From contig CAUJCU010000015.1 of NCBI GenBank assembly GCA_963169745.1, forward strand, positions 146,005 through 210,004: a stretch of DNA of 64,000 nucleotides. Direction: 5' to 3'. The translations under genes and the position numbers were made by a program. This DNA is from Bacteroidota bacterium (GTDB lineage: Bacteria > Bacteroidota > Bacteroidia > UBA4408). Below are positions 20,327 to 29,136 of the stretch, one piece after another. The notes under the pieces are model-generated. The model was not told where the DNA came from and searched no databases. It saw only the letters and a program-made list of their open reading frames with translations. Each line of letters opens with the position of its first letter. Position 1 is the first letter of the stretch.

Positions 20327-20453
20327 TTGTAAAAAAAATTTCTTTAGGTAGCCAAATGTACTAGTTTTTTTGTAATGCTGTAGTGCTAATAAATTAAGTT
20401 TTAAACATGGTTTTTATTAGTTAATTACTTATAATTCCTAACCAATAAACAAA

Positions 20454-22529
20454 CTAACGACTTAAAATTTTAAATTCGGTTCTCCGGTTTAACTGGCGCC
20501 CTTCATCGGTGTCATTTCCTGCAATAGGTTGTGTTAAGCCATAGCCCTTGTATTCTAATCGATCTTTTGATATTCCATTGCTTACCAAATATTCTACTAC
20601 TGATTTGGCTCTGCTTTCCGATAAGGTTTGATTATATTGGGCTGCTCCTTTGTTGTCGGTATGCCCACTAATTTCTATTTTTAGTGTAGGTACATCGTTA
20701 AGCAATTTGGTTAAACGCTCTAGTTCATTGTTTGACTCAGGCCTTAAAGTGGCTTTATCAAAATCAAAGAAAATATTACGCAATACAATTTTTTGACCCA
20801 CTTGTACATTTTTAAGTAGAACGTCTTTAACCACTTCCTGATAACCACTTGACGAAGGAATATCAAAGTTTTCGGAATGAAATAAATAACCCTCAGCTTT
20901 AACGGCAATCCCATAATTCTTTCCAGATGGCAGGGTAACCAAGTATTTACCTGTTTTATTATTTGATTTAAAGGTAGCTAGTTCCACGTTTTGAGTATTG
21001 TCCACCAATACAATTTCTGCACTAAGTGGTTTGTTTGAAATGGCATCTGTAATAACACCCTTTAAAAGAGTTACCGAATTCGATTCAATTTTTGCCGGAG
21101 GTGCAATAAAAACTTCACTTACAGGGGCTTCAATATTGGCAAAAAGATTGTCCTCATTACTTAACTGAACAGGTTTTTCGGGACCTAAAAAGGTTATCAT
21201 ATAGATGTCCTTATCACCTATGCCTTCATTCTTTATTGAGGCGTAATAACCATGCTTACCGCTTGCCGAAATAACAAAGAAAACATCATCATCCGGGGTA
21301 TTTATCGGATATCCTAAATTTACAGGTTCACTCCATACTCCATTTTTAAGTTCACACTTAAAAATATCAAATCCTCCCATACTGCTGTGTCCTTCTGAGC
21401 TGAAGTATAGAGTCTTACCATCGGGAACAATAAATACTCCCTCTTCATTATATTTTGTATTTATAGTAGTTCCAATGTTTACAGCCTCGCTCCATTTGTC
21501 TTTTTGATTTTTATCTACATACCAAATATCACGGCCACCTAAACTGCCATCCTTGCGGTCGCTTACAAAAAATAAGGTCTTTCCATCGTATGAGATAGAG
21601 GCCGATGATTCATGATCACTACTGTTTATTGATTTGGCCATTTTTTCGGGTTCAGTCCATTTGTCTCCTTTCAATATGCTCTCATAAATATTTCCATATC
21701 CCTTATCATCACGGTACGTATAGAGTGTTTGCCCATCGGGCGATAGGTTCACGGTTGCATCATGCCCAGGCGTATTAATAGGAGGGCCAATATTGGTAGG
21801 TACACCCCATTCTTCATTAAATTTATAGGTAACAAAAATATCCTCAAAGTATTCATCATAGTTTTCATCTATTTTACCACCGGTTGTTGTGTTTCTACGT
21901 GAGGTAAACATTAAAATATCTTCATCAGCAGAAATTACCGGTCCATAATCAGGATAAGTTGAGTTTACTTTATTCCCTAAATTATCAATAAAAACCCTTA
22001 CCGGAGTTTTTACCAGTATTTTCCCATGATTACATTCGGCTATTTTTTTGTTTACATCCTCAATTAAAAAAACTTGATCCTTTTTCTTTGGGTCTAATCC
22101 ATTACGAAACAATTGATACTCTTCAATAGCCTTATCCCACTCCATATTTAAATGATGGCCGCGTCCCAAATAATAGTGTATTTCAGCATCTACTTGAGGG
22201 TTTAGACTGTAGGCACGTTCAAAAAACTCTTTAGCTTTATATTTAAAGTTACCATTGATGTAACATACTCCAATTCTGAAATTTAGTTCCGAATTATTAG
22301 GGTTAAATGCTTGAGCCCTTAAATAGGGTTCTAACGCAAACTTATATTTTCCCGGGCGCTTGCCTAAAAACTCTTCATTCCCCATATCTAAAGCACTTTT
22401 GGCATCTCGAAGTTGATCTTTTTGTCCCGGAAAATTACTTTTTTCAAAAGGAATATCTTTTGCATTTTGAGCATTTGTTTGTATAGCGTAGTAGCTTACT
22501 AGTAACAGTATGAGGATAATTTTTTTCAT
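20454..22529 (-). CDS. TPR / TolB-like beta-propeller / CarboxypepD_reg-like / OmpA_C peptidoglycan-binding domain envelope protein (TolB-Pal-like fusion)
   Basis: Signal peptide. TPR-like N-terminus. PD40 blades (PDGKTLYFSSEGHSSMGGFDIFKCEL, INTPDDDVFFV). C-terminal OmpA_C (NIFFDFDKATLRPES…ISGHTDNKGAAQYNQTLSESRA…NRRTEF). Paralog of the N-terminal third of CDS 635..6772. Confidence 0.85.
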   Translation of the reverse strand: MKKIILILLLVSYYAIQTNAQNAKDIPFEKSNFPGQKDQLRDAKSALDMGNEEFLGKRPGKYKFALEPYLRAQAFNPNNSELNFRIGVCYINGNFKYKAKEFFERAYSLNPQVDAEIHYYLGRGHHLNMEWDKAIEEYQLFRNGLDPKKKDQVFLIEDVNKKIAECNHGKILVKTPVRVFIDNLGNKVNSTYPDYGPVISADEDILMFTSRRNTTTGGKIDENYDEYFEDIFVTYKFNEEWGVPTNIGPPINTPGHDATVNLSPDGQTLYTYRDDKGYGNIYESILKGDKWTEPEKMAKSINSSDHESSASISYDGKTLFFVSDRKDGSLGGRDIWYVDKNQKDKWSEAVNIGTTINTKYNEEGVFIVPDGKTLYFSSEGHSSMGGFDIFKCELKNGVWSEPVNLGYPINTPDDDVFFVISASGKHGYYASIKNEGIGDKDIYMITFLGPEKPVQLSNEDNLFANIEAPVSEVFIAPPAKIESNSVTLLKGVITDAISNKPLSAEIVLVDNTQNVELATFKSNNKTGKYLVTLPSGKNYGIAVKAEGYLFHSENFDIPSSSGYQEVVKDVLLKNVQVGQKIVLRNIFFDFDKATLRPESNNELERLTKLLNDVPTLKIEISGHTDNKGAAQYNQTLSESRAKSVVEYLVSNGISKDRLEYKGYGLTQPIAGNDTDEGRQLNRRTEFKILSR

Positions 22530-22552
22530 TGGTAACTTGTTTTTGTCCTTGA

Positions 22553-23632
22553 TTACTTACAGTCTTCAGTATATTTGCCGGCTAATTCGATACCCAGATT
22601 TTTAGCTTTTTCCCAATCTGTACAAGCCCCTTTAGGGTCGCGAAGCATTTCTTTTGCAATACCTCTGTTTAAATAAGCTACGGCATAATCGCTGTTTAAT
22701 TGTATAGCTTTTGTTGCATCATCTACCGAACCGTTGTAATCTTTTATCTTAAATTTAGCAGCCGATCGGTTGTTATATGCATAAGTGTAATCTCCTTTTA
22801 TTTTAATGGCATTTGAAAAGTCGTCAATAGCTCCTTTGTAATCACCTAAATCAAACCGGGCGCTGCCCCTGTTATTCAAAGCAATGTAACTGTCAGGTTT
22901 GGAGGCAATGGCTTTACTGTAACTTTCAATGGCACCTTTTAAATCGCCACTTTTTCGTTGGGCTGAGCCTAAGTTGTTATAAGTAAAAGTCATATCAGGG
23001 TTAAACTGTAATGCTTTTAAATAGTCACTAATAGCACCGTTATAATCTTCCATTTGCCTTTTGGTGCTACCTCGGTCATTGTAGGCATAAGCAAAATCGG
23101 GTTTTAAAACAATGGCTTGTGAAAAATCATCTATTGCCTCTTTGTATTTCTTTAAATTAAGGTAAACACTGCCTCTATGGTAATAAGCTTGGCTCTTGTT
23201 TTCGTTTCGCTCAATAGATTTTGTATAATAGGATATTGCTTTTTCATTTTCTTTTAATAATTCAAAAGTTTGTGCCATGTTGTACATAACATCCTGCAAG
23301 GAGTCGGTTAAAGATAGGCACTTCTCAAAATCTTGAATAGCTGCTCCATATTGTTTATTCTCTTTTTTAGCTACCCCCCGGTTAAAGTATGATTTTCCCC
23401 AATCGGGTTTTATGGCCAATGATTGAGTAAAAAAATCAATAGCCGCTTTATAATCACCAATTTTCATTTTTTCAATGCCCTCGTTATAGGCTTTTTCGGC
23501 CTCTTGAGAAGGAATTAAATTAATGATACTGTCTTTACTTTCAGATTGTGGAGTAGGGGAGTCGTTATTTTGTGCTTGCAATACTCCATATAAACAAGCA
23601 AGAAAAGCACAACAGCTTAGAATTTTTTTCAT
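22553..23632 (-). CDS. TPR-repeat lipoprotein/secreted protein
   Basis: At least 8 TPR-like repeats (AYYHRG…, AYNDRG…, TYNNLG…, ALNNRG…, AYNNRS…, AYLNRG…). Likely start at the internal MKKILSCCAFLAC signal/lipobox rather than the upstream MTIK. Directly upstream and co-directional with 20454..22529. Confidence 0.75.
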   Translation of the reverse strand: MKKILSCCAFLACLYGVLQAQNNDSPTPQSESKDSIINLIPSQEAEKAYNEGIEKMKIGDYKAAIDFFTQSLAIKPDWGKSYFNRGVAKKENKQYGAAIQDFEKCLSLTDSLQDVMYNMAQTFELLKENEKAISYYTKSIERNENKSQAYYHRGSVYLNLKKYKEAIDDFSQAIVLKPDFAYAYNDRGSTKRQMEDYNGAISDYLKALQFNPDMTFTYNNLGSAQRKSGDLKGAIESYSKAIASKPDSYIALNNRGSARFDLGDYKGAIDDFSNAIKIKGDYTYAYNNRSAAKFKIKDYNGSVDDATKAIQLNSDYAVAYLNRGIAKEMLRDPKGACTDWEKAKNLGIELAGKYTEDCK

Positions 23633-23865
23633 AAAAATGATAATTACTTTAATTGTCAAATTTAATTTCTTCTGTTAAATAATGAAAAAAAAATTAATAA
23701 TTGTTCATATTGTAGCAAGCTGCTTTATAAAGTGGGTAAAAAAGCTTTAAAATCCTACCCAACTTTAAAGCCCACTACTGTGTGAAGTATAAACTATAAT
23801 TACAGGTACACTTTTTGATTCTTTTAAAGTTAAATAGGATATTTGATAAGTATAAATCAATTTAA

Positions 23866-24348
23866 ATGAAGAGACTTTTTTTAATAAGACACGCAAAAGC
23901 CGAACCACCAAGTTTTCAAAAAAATGATTTTGATCGTGAACTAACAGATAAAGGAAAAGCAGATGCCGAAAAAATGGCTGTATTTATTAAGAATATACAA
24001 CCTTGTCCGGATCTAATTTCCACTAGTACAGCAAAAAGATCCTGGAGTACTGCTAAGCGCTTTGCAAATGCATACAAAATTGATAAAGCAAAAATACATT
24101 TAGCGCCTGAAATATATCAGGCATCGTCAGATTCTCTTTTGGAATGGATAAGGAGTATGAATAATGAGCACGAAACCCTAATGCTTTTTGGTCATAATCC
24201 ATCTTTAAGTCAATTAGCGTCTTTTCTGAGTCAGAATATGGACATCGAAATGGCTCCTTGTGGCGTATGTATGCTCCAATTTGAATTAGAGAAATGGGAA
24301 TATTTAGCCTATCAAAATGGGAAATTAAAATTATATTATTGTCCTTAA
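23866..24348 (+). CDS. histidine phosphatase superfamily protein, SixA-like phosphohistidine phosphatase
   Basis: LIRHAKAE catalytic RHG-type motif at the N-terminus, LFGHNPSL second His motif, 160 aa. Confidence 0.7.
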   Translation: MKRLFLIRHAKAEPPSFQKNDFDRELTDKGKADAEKMAVFIKNIQPCPDLISTSTAKRSWSTAKRFANAYKIDKAKIHLAPEIYQASSDSLLEWIRSMNNEHETLMLFGHNPSLSQLASFLSQNMDIEMAPCGVCMLQFELEKWEYLAYQNGKLKLYYCP

Positions 24349-24742
24349 AGTCTTACCATTTTTTTTGAAGAAACTATAAAAGGAGATTTTATTTTTCCCT
24401 TTACTTAATTTCTTCTATGTCTATTCTGAATTTAAGGGATTATACCTATTATTTCTACTAAATTATTCTTTATAAAAATGGGTAATCCTTATCTTTTAAT
24501 GATCTTAATGAAAACACATTTAAACAAACTTCCTTCTTTACTTTCTCAGTACCTATAATTAGATTCTATTTGATGTGTGTTTTTAGAAGAAAATGAATAA
24601 TAACTCCTAACAAGTCAATTTCGTTCATGATAGTACCGGGTATTAGATCTACAGCTTTTAAGTTTGTATATAAATAGAAACTGTATCTGATGTATGTTAA
24701 CCCAAAAGAATTCTGACTAACGTAAATAATATCTACTGTATA

Positions 24743-26105
24743 TCAATTAGTTATAATCCCCAATTCTTCATTAGTCAGTCCAAATTTAGTAATTTGTTTT
24801 TGTATTCTTTTTACTATTCCCAACTTTCTTTTCTGGTCTAAAAATAAATAACCTTCCGGGTTGATGTATTGCACATTTTTTACAACCATGTTCCATATAA
24901 TTACTCCAAATTTTCGGGCAGTAGCACTTATTGCAGAAACTCTACCTTTTCTAAAATTTATTCTTTGGAAAAAGTCTCTTAAAGGTGTTGAGTCTTTAAG
25001 ATTTCCTATGGCATTAGCAGCATTTCGAAATGCTATTTTCAGTCTGTTACTCCCTTTAGGCACTTTACTTGAAAGTACTTTGCCACCACTAACTTTGTTG
25101 TTTGGAGCAAGTCTGAGCCAGGAGCAAAAGTGTTTTGCAGTTGGAAACTTTTTTATTCCTTCTATACCTACTTCACTCATTATGGCAAGCACTGTAGCGT
25201 GACTCATGCCTTCTATTGCCAGCAAATCTGTACTTTCAAACATTTGATACGATTTTAGATTAAGATCTATGTCTTTGGGCGTATTTTTATTGATTCGCTT
25301 ATGCGGTTTTGAATCTATGTGGTGCTGTTTTTTATTTTCATCATTGTTAATGATTTCATCGAGCATTAATGCAATCATCTTGTCACATTCCATCATTTTA
25401 TTTTGGATGTGGTCATAAGTATCGAGTTCCTGCTGGAGTGTAAATAAATAATCTGTTCTTCCATTGCTTTGTAAAGCTTTGGCAATTTCCTCTTCACTCT
25501 TGCGACAGTTGGCATGTCGAAGTGCTGCAAGCTTTTGAGGATTTGCTTCTCCATCGCAGATAGCTCTGATAATGCGTAGTCCGGTAAGTCCACAAACATC
25601 ATTGACCACCACATCTAAGCGCAAATTTAAGAGTCTCAAATATTTCTGCATTTTTTTGCTTGTAGAAGCTGCATTGTGCAAGAGATTGGCTCTGTGTCGG
25701 CAAAAGGTTCTGAGTTGCTCTGTTTTTCCGTCTAGGAGGAAACTACTGCTCAAAAGTCCTAAGCTGTGCAACATTTGAATCCATTGGCAATCTTTAATAT
25801 CGGTCTTTTTGCCCTTGATGTTTTTGGTAAACTTTCCATTGCAAAGGATAACATGGAATCCCTTTGAGATTAAAACGGCATAAAGATTTTTGCCAGTAAG
25901 TACCGGTGCTTTCCATGGCTATGGTTCTAATCTTGTGCTCGTGAAGCCAATCGGCCATTTCATAAAGGTCTTGGTTAAATACGCCAAACGCTCTCACATC
26001 ATTTTCATGTTGCCCTACAGCTACCCAGTGGGAGCGACTACCAACATCAATTCCTGCGGCTAAAGGATTGACAATGTCCATTGGTATTTTTTCTTCTTCT
26101 ACCAT
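24743..26105 (-). pseudogene. IS110-family DEDD recombinase/transposase disrupted by a 1-nt frameshift in a homopolymer (two ORFs 25794..26105 and 24743..25774)
   Basis: The N-terminal ORF ends ...ESTGTYWQKSLCRF... The overlapping frame continues ...NLYAVLISKGFHVILCNGKFTKNIKGKKTDIKDCQWIQMLHSLGLL..., which is the conserved IS110 sequence. Removing one A from the A5 run (minus-strand caaaaatc; plus-strand T5 at 25887..25891) restores ESTGTYWQNLYAVLISKGF. Confidence 0.75.
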
Positions 26106-26446
26106 AAAATAATATTTTATTAAAAATGCTCTACGAAGATGTGCTTTTGGCTAAGTAAATATTCTGAACGGGGTTGTTCTGTTTTCACAAAACACCGCCA
26201 CTGAAGTCATCGCAAACATCTCAACCAGGATTGCGCCCCTACTCGAGGTAACAGTTCTAAAATCGGCCTTGCAAAGAGCAAGTCAAATATAAGGATTTGT
26301 AATTTTTAAATAACTCCCTACGTTAGCTTGAGAAGTCAATGGAGGCGGTATAGGGAGGATTGCTGGTAACACTTTATTAAAGCAAAGTAGGATGTCATTA
26401 CGTATTTGTTACCATACAGAATGATGATTGCGAAACTATTTTTTTA
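26106..26446 (-). ncRNA. candidate IS110 bridge-RNA (seekRNA)-encoding 5' leader of the recombinase
   Basis: Inference only. A 340-bp non-coding region lies immediately upstream of the recombinase start. Its composition is distinctly more GC-rich and less homopolymeric than the surrounding intergenic DNA (26161..26400). It contains potential stems (e.g. CTCCCTA…TAGGGAG, CCGCC/GGCGG). IS110-group elements are known to encode their bridge RNA in exactly this position. Confidence 0.25.
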
Positions 26447-27424
26447 CTAACTAAATTGTCGGTGTTCGGTTTTGAATAATTCTTCTTTAGGTAGTGACTT
26501 AAAATACTCATACGTAATTTTTAAACCCTCACTACGGTTAACTTTTGGCTCCCAACCTAGTATTTCTTTGGCTTTTGTAATGTCTGGCCTTCTTTGTTTA
26601 GGATCATCTGCTGGTAAAGGCAGGCTTATTAATTTTTGTTTAGCTCCGGTTAATTTTAATATTTCCTCACCAAATTCCTTAATGGTTATTTCACTTGGAT
26701 TGCCAATATTAACAGGTAATGTATAATCACTTAAAAGCAAACGGTATATCCCTTCAACCAAATCTGAAACGTAACAAAATGAGCGCGTTTGCGAGCCATC
26801 TCCAAACATGGTTAAATCTTCGCCTCTTAAAGCCTGTCCAATAAATGCCGGCAAAACCCTGCCATCATTTAGACGCATACGGGGGCCATATGTGTTAAAT
26901 ATACGAACTATACGGGTTTCAAGATGGTGCACATTTTGGTAGGCCATAGTAATGGCTTCCATAAATCGTTTGGCTTCATCATAACAACCGCGCGGGCCAA
27001 CCGGGTTAACATTCCCCCAATATTCTTCGGGTTGGGGATGTACGGCAGGGTCGCCATAAACTTCTGATGTGGAGGCAACTAAAACTCTTGCTTTTTTTAC
27101 CCTTGCTAAGCCAAGTATATTATGTGTCCCCAATGAGCTTACTTTTAGAGTTTGAATGGGAATCTTTAAATAATCAATGGGGCTGGCAGGGGAAGCAAAA
27201 TGCAAAATATATTTGAGTTCACCCGGCACATGAACATATTTAGAAACATCGTGATGATAAAACTCAAAATGTTCCAGTTTCATTAAATGTTCAATATTTT
27301 TCATATCACCGGTTACTAAGTTGTCCATCCCAATAACATGATATCCGGCCTGTATAAATTTGTCGCACAAATGCGAACCCAAAAAACCGGCTGCTCCGGT
27401 TATCAATACTCTTTCTTTACTCAT
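26447..27424 (-). CDS. UDP-glucuronate decarboxylase (UDP-xylose synthase, UXS; SDR family)
   Basis: [14 protein letters not shown] Rossmann motif, [15 protein letters not shown] catalytic motifs. Near-colinear with eukaryotic/bacterial UXS over 325 aa. Confidence 0.85.
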   Translation of the reverse strand: MSKERVLITGAAGFLGSHLCDKFIQAGYHVIGMDNLVTGDMKNIEHLMKLEHFEFYHHDVSKYVHVPGELKYILHFASPASPIDYLKIPIQTLKVSSLGTHNILGLARVKKARVLVASTSEVYGDPAVHPQPEEYWGNVNPVGPRGCYDEAKRFMEAITMAYQNVHHLETRIVRIFNTYGPRMRLNDGRVLPAFIGQALRGEDLTMFGDGSQTRSFCYVSDLVEGIYRLLLSDYTLPVNIGNPSEITIKEFGEEILKLTGAKQKLISLPLPADDPKQRRPDITKAKEILGWEPKVNRSEGLKITYEYFKSLPKEELFKTEHRQFS

Positions 27425-27435
27425 TCTTTAAGGAA

Positions 27436-28845
27436 TTAATTACCCAATAATACTTTTTTAGCTGCATCTAAAATTGCAAATGCTTTTTCTTTGGTCTCGG
27501 CCTCGGCATAGGTTCGTAAAACAGGCTCAGTGCCTGAGGCTCTTATCATCAGCCATTCATGATCTGAGAAAAAGAATTTCCATCCATCTAAATCTTCTAT
27601 TCTTTGAACTTTATAGGCTCCAAATTCTTTGTAAACATTGTTTTTGCAATTAGCTACTATAGTGTTTTTAAGTTCTTCTTTTAAATGAAGGTCGTTTCGC
27701 TCAAACCAAAAAGGACCAGTAATTTCATATACTTCCTGAATAAGTTCTTTTAAAGATTTTCCTGTTTTTGCCATATATTCCCAAATAACCAATCCCATCC
27801 ATATACCATCTCGCTCAGGTATATGTCCTTTTATAGCAATTCCACCTGATTCTTCACCCCCAATCAGCACATCTTCAGTAATCATTAGGCCGCAAATATA
27901 CTTAAAGCCAATCTTTACAACCTCTAAATCAAGATTGTAATGACGGCACATATCTTTAATTTTTACGGTTGTTGAGAAGGCGGTACAAACTTTTCCGCTA
28001 TATTTTTTATACTTTACCAAGTAATGGGTTAAAAGCAAAATGATGTGGTGTGAATCTACAAAGTCGCCATCGCTATTATATAAACCAATTCGGTCGGCAT
28101 CACCATCTGTTACCAAGCCGCAATCAATTTCACCGCTCATTTTTATTAATTCCGAAAACTCGGTTAAATTTTTATGAATAGGTTCTGGTGCTTGACCATC
28201 AAAGGAAGGGTTATAGTCACAATGTAAAAAAGTAATATCTGGAAATAACCTTCTCATTACATTTTGACCAGCTCCAAACATGGCATCATAAGCAAACTCC
28301 ATTTTAGAGTTTCTAATGGCTGCTAAATCAAAATTCTTCTCTACATGCTCTACATACAGCGTTTCAAGGTCAATATATTTTATTTTTCCTTCTTGAACTA
28401 AATCTTCTATGGTTTTAGAACGGATATTAAGGGAGCATGAGTCAGTAATCATGTCCTCAATTTCCTGTACTTTATCGGGCATTAATGGGCCACCATAATT
28501 TCCTTTTATTTTAAACCCATTATAAGCCGGAGGATTATGACTTGCCGTAATAATAATTCCAATATCGGCTCCTTGCTTTACAGTGCCTAAAGAAATCATT
28601 GGGGTAGAAACAAAGCCTTTTGCCAAATAAACCTGAATCCCATAATGAGCCATTACAAAGGCACATGTTTCAGCAAAAAGCTCTCCGGCAAAGCGACAAT
28701 CGTGCCCTAGAACTACGGACTTATTTTTCCCATTTTTTAATATCCACTTTGCTGTAGCTTCAGAAACTCTAGCCACATTGTTTACAGTAAAATCTTCAGC
28801 AATAATGGCCCGCCATCCATCTGTTCCAAATTTAATTTTCGTCAT
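27436..28845 (-). CDS. alpha-D-phosphohexomutase (phosphomannomutase/phosphoglucomutase family)
   Basis: FGTDGWRA N-terminus, active-site TASHNPPAYNGFK, Mg-binding DGDADR; 469 aa. Confidence 0.8.
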   Translation of the reverse strand: MTKIKFGTDGWRAIIAEDFTVNNVARVSEATAKWILKNGKNKSVVLGHDCRFAGELFAETCAFVMAHYGIQVYLAKGFVSTPMISLGTVKQGADIGIIITASHNPPAYNGFKIKGNYGGPLMPDKVQEIEDMITDSCSLNIRSKTIEDLVQEGKIKYIDLETLYVEHVEKNFDLAAIRNSKMEFAYDAMFGAGQNVMRRLFPDITFLHCDYNPSFDGQAPEPIHKNLTEFSELIKMSGEIDCGLVTDGDADRIGLYNSDGDFVDSHHIILLLTHYLVKYKKYSGKVCTAFSTTVKIKDMCRHYNLDLEVVKIGFKYICGLMITEDVLIGGEESGGIAIKGHIPERDGIWMGLVIWEYMAKTGKSLKELIQEVYEITGPFWFERNDLHLKEELKNTIVANCKNNVYKEFGAYKVQRIEDLDGWKFFFSDHEWLMIRASGTEPVLRTYAEAETKEKAFAILDAAKKVLLGN

Positions 28846-29136
28846 AATTAACTATTATTTGAATAAGGATTGCAAAGATACAATTTACAAAGAAATTATT
28901 ATAAATAAAATATAAATTAAATTCTAAATCAAGGCTTTCACAATACTTATTCTAATTTATTTCTAGCCTATCAGATCTATTAATACGATGATAGCAAAGC
29001 GGCTCTTAATAGACTTTAGATAAGATTTAATAAAGCGAATATTGGGTTGTTTTTTCACTTTAGGCAGTGCCCATAATTTTTATGAATCATTATAAAGCTG
29101 TAAAAAAAAAGTTATATTAGCTGCTCAATTTGTTTA

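Larger units (their letters stand above)
24650..26446 (-). mobile_element. IS110-family insertion sequence (boundaries approximate), inserted in the convergent gap between the sixA-like gene and the UDP-glucuronate decarboxylase gene
   Basis: Contains a DEDD-type IS110 recombinase (N-terminal GIDVGSRSHWVAV, ESTGTYW; C-terminal Transposase_20-like LLAIEGMSHATVLAIMSEVGIEGIKKFPTAKHFCSWLRLAPNNKVSGGKV). A 340-bp comparatively GC-rich non-coding leader lies upstream of the recombinase. No terminal inverted repeats are apparent, as expected for this family. Ends cannot be fixed without an empty-site comparison. Confidence 0.7.

Noticed and set aside
24861-25778. Plus-strand ORFs 24861..25202 and 25572..25778 inside the IS
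   Set aside because: They are antisense to the IS110 recombinase reading frame, whose minus-strand translation carries all the conserved family motifs. They are explained as shadow ORFs.
26161-26400. tRNA or other structured housekeeping RNA in the GC-rich patch
   Set aside because: No tRNA-like T-arm (GTTCGAATC-type) or anticodon-loop pattern and no rRNA-like conservation. Its position directly upstream of an IS110 recombinase makes an IS-encoded RNA the better explanation.
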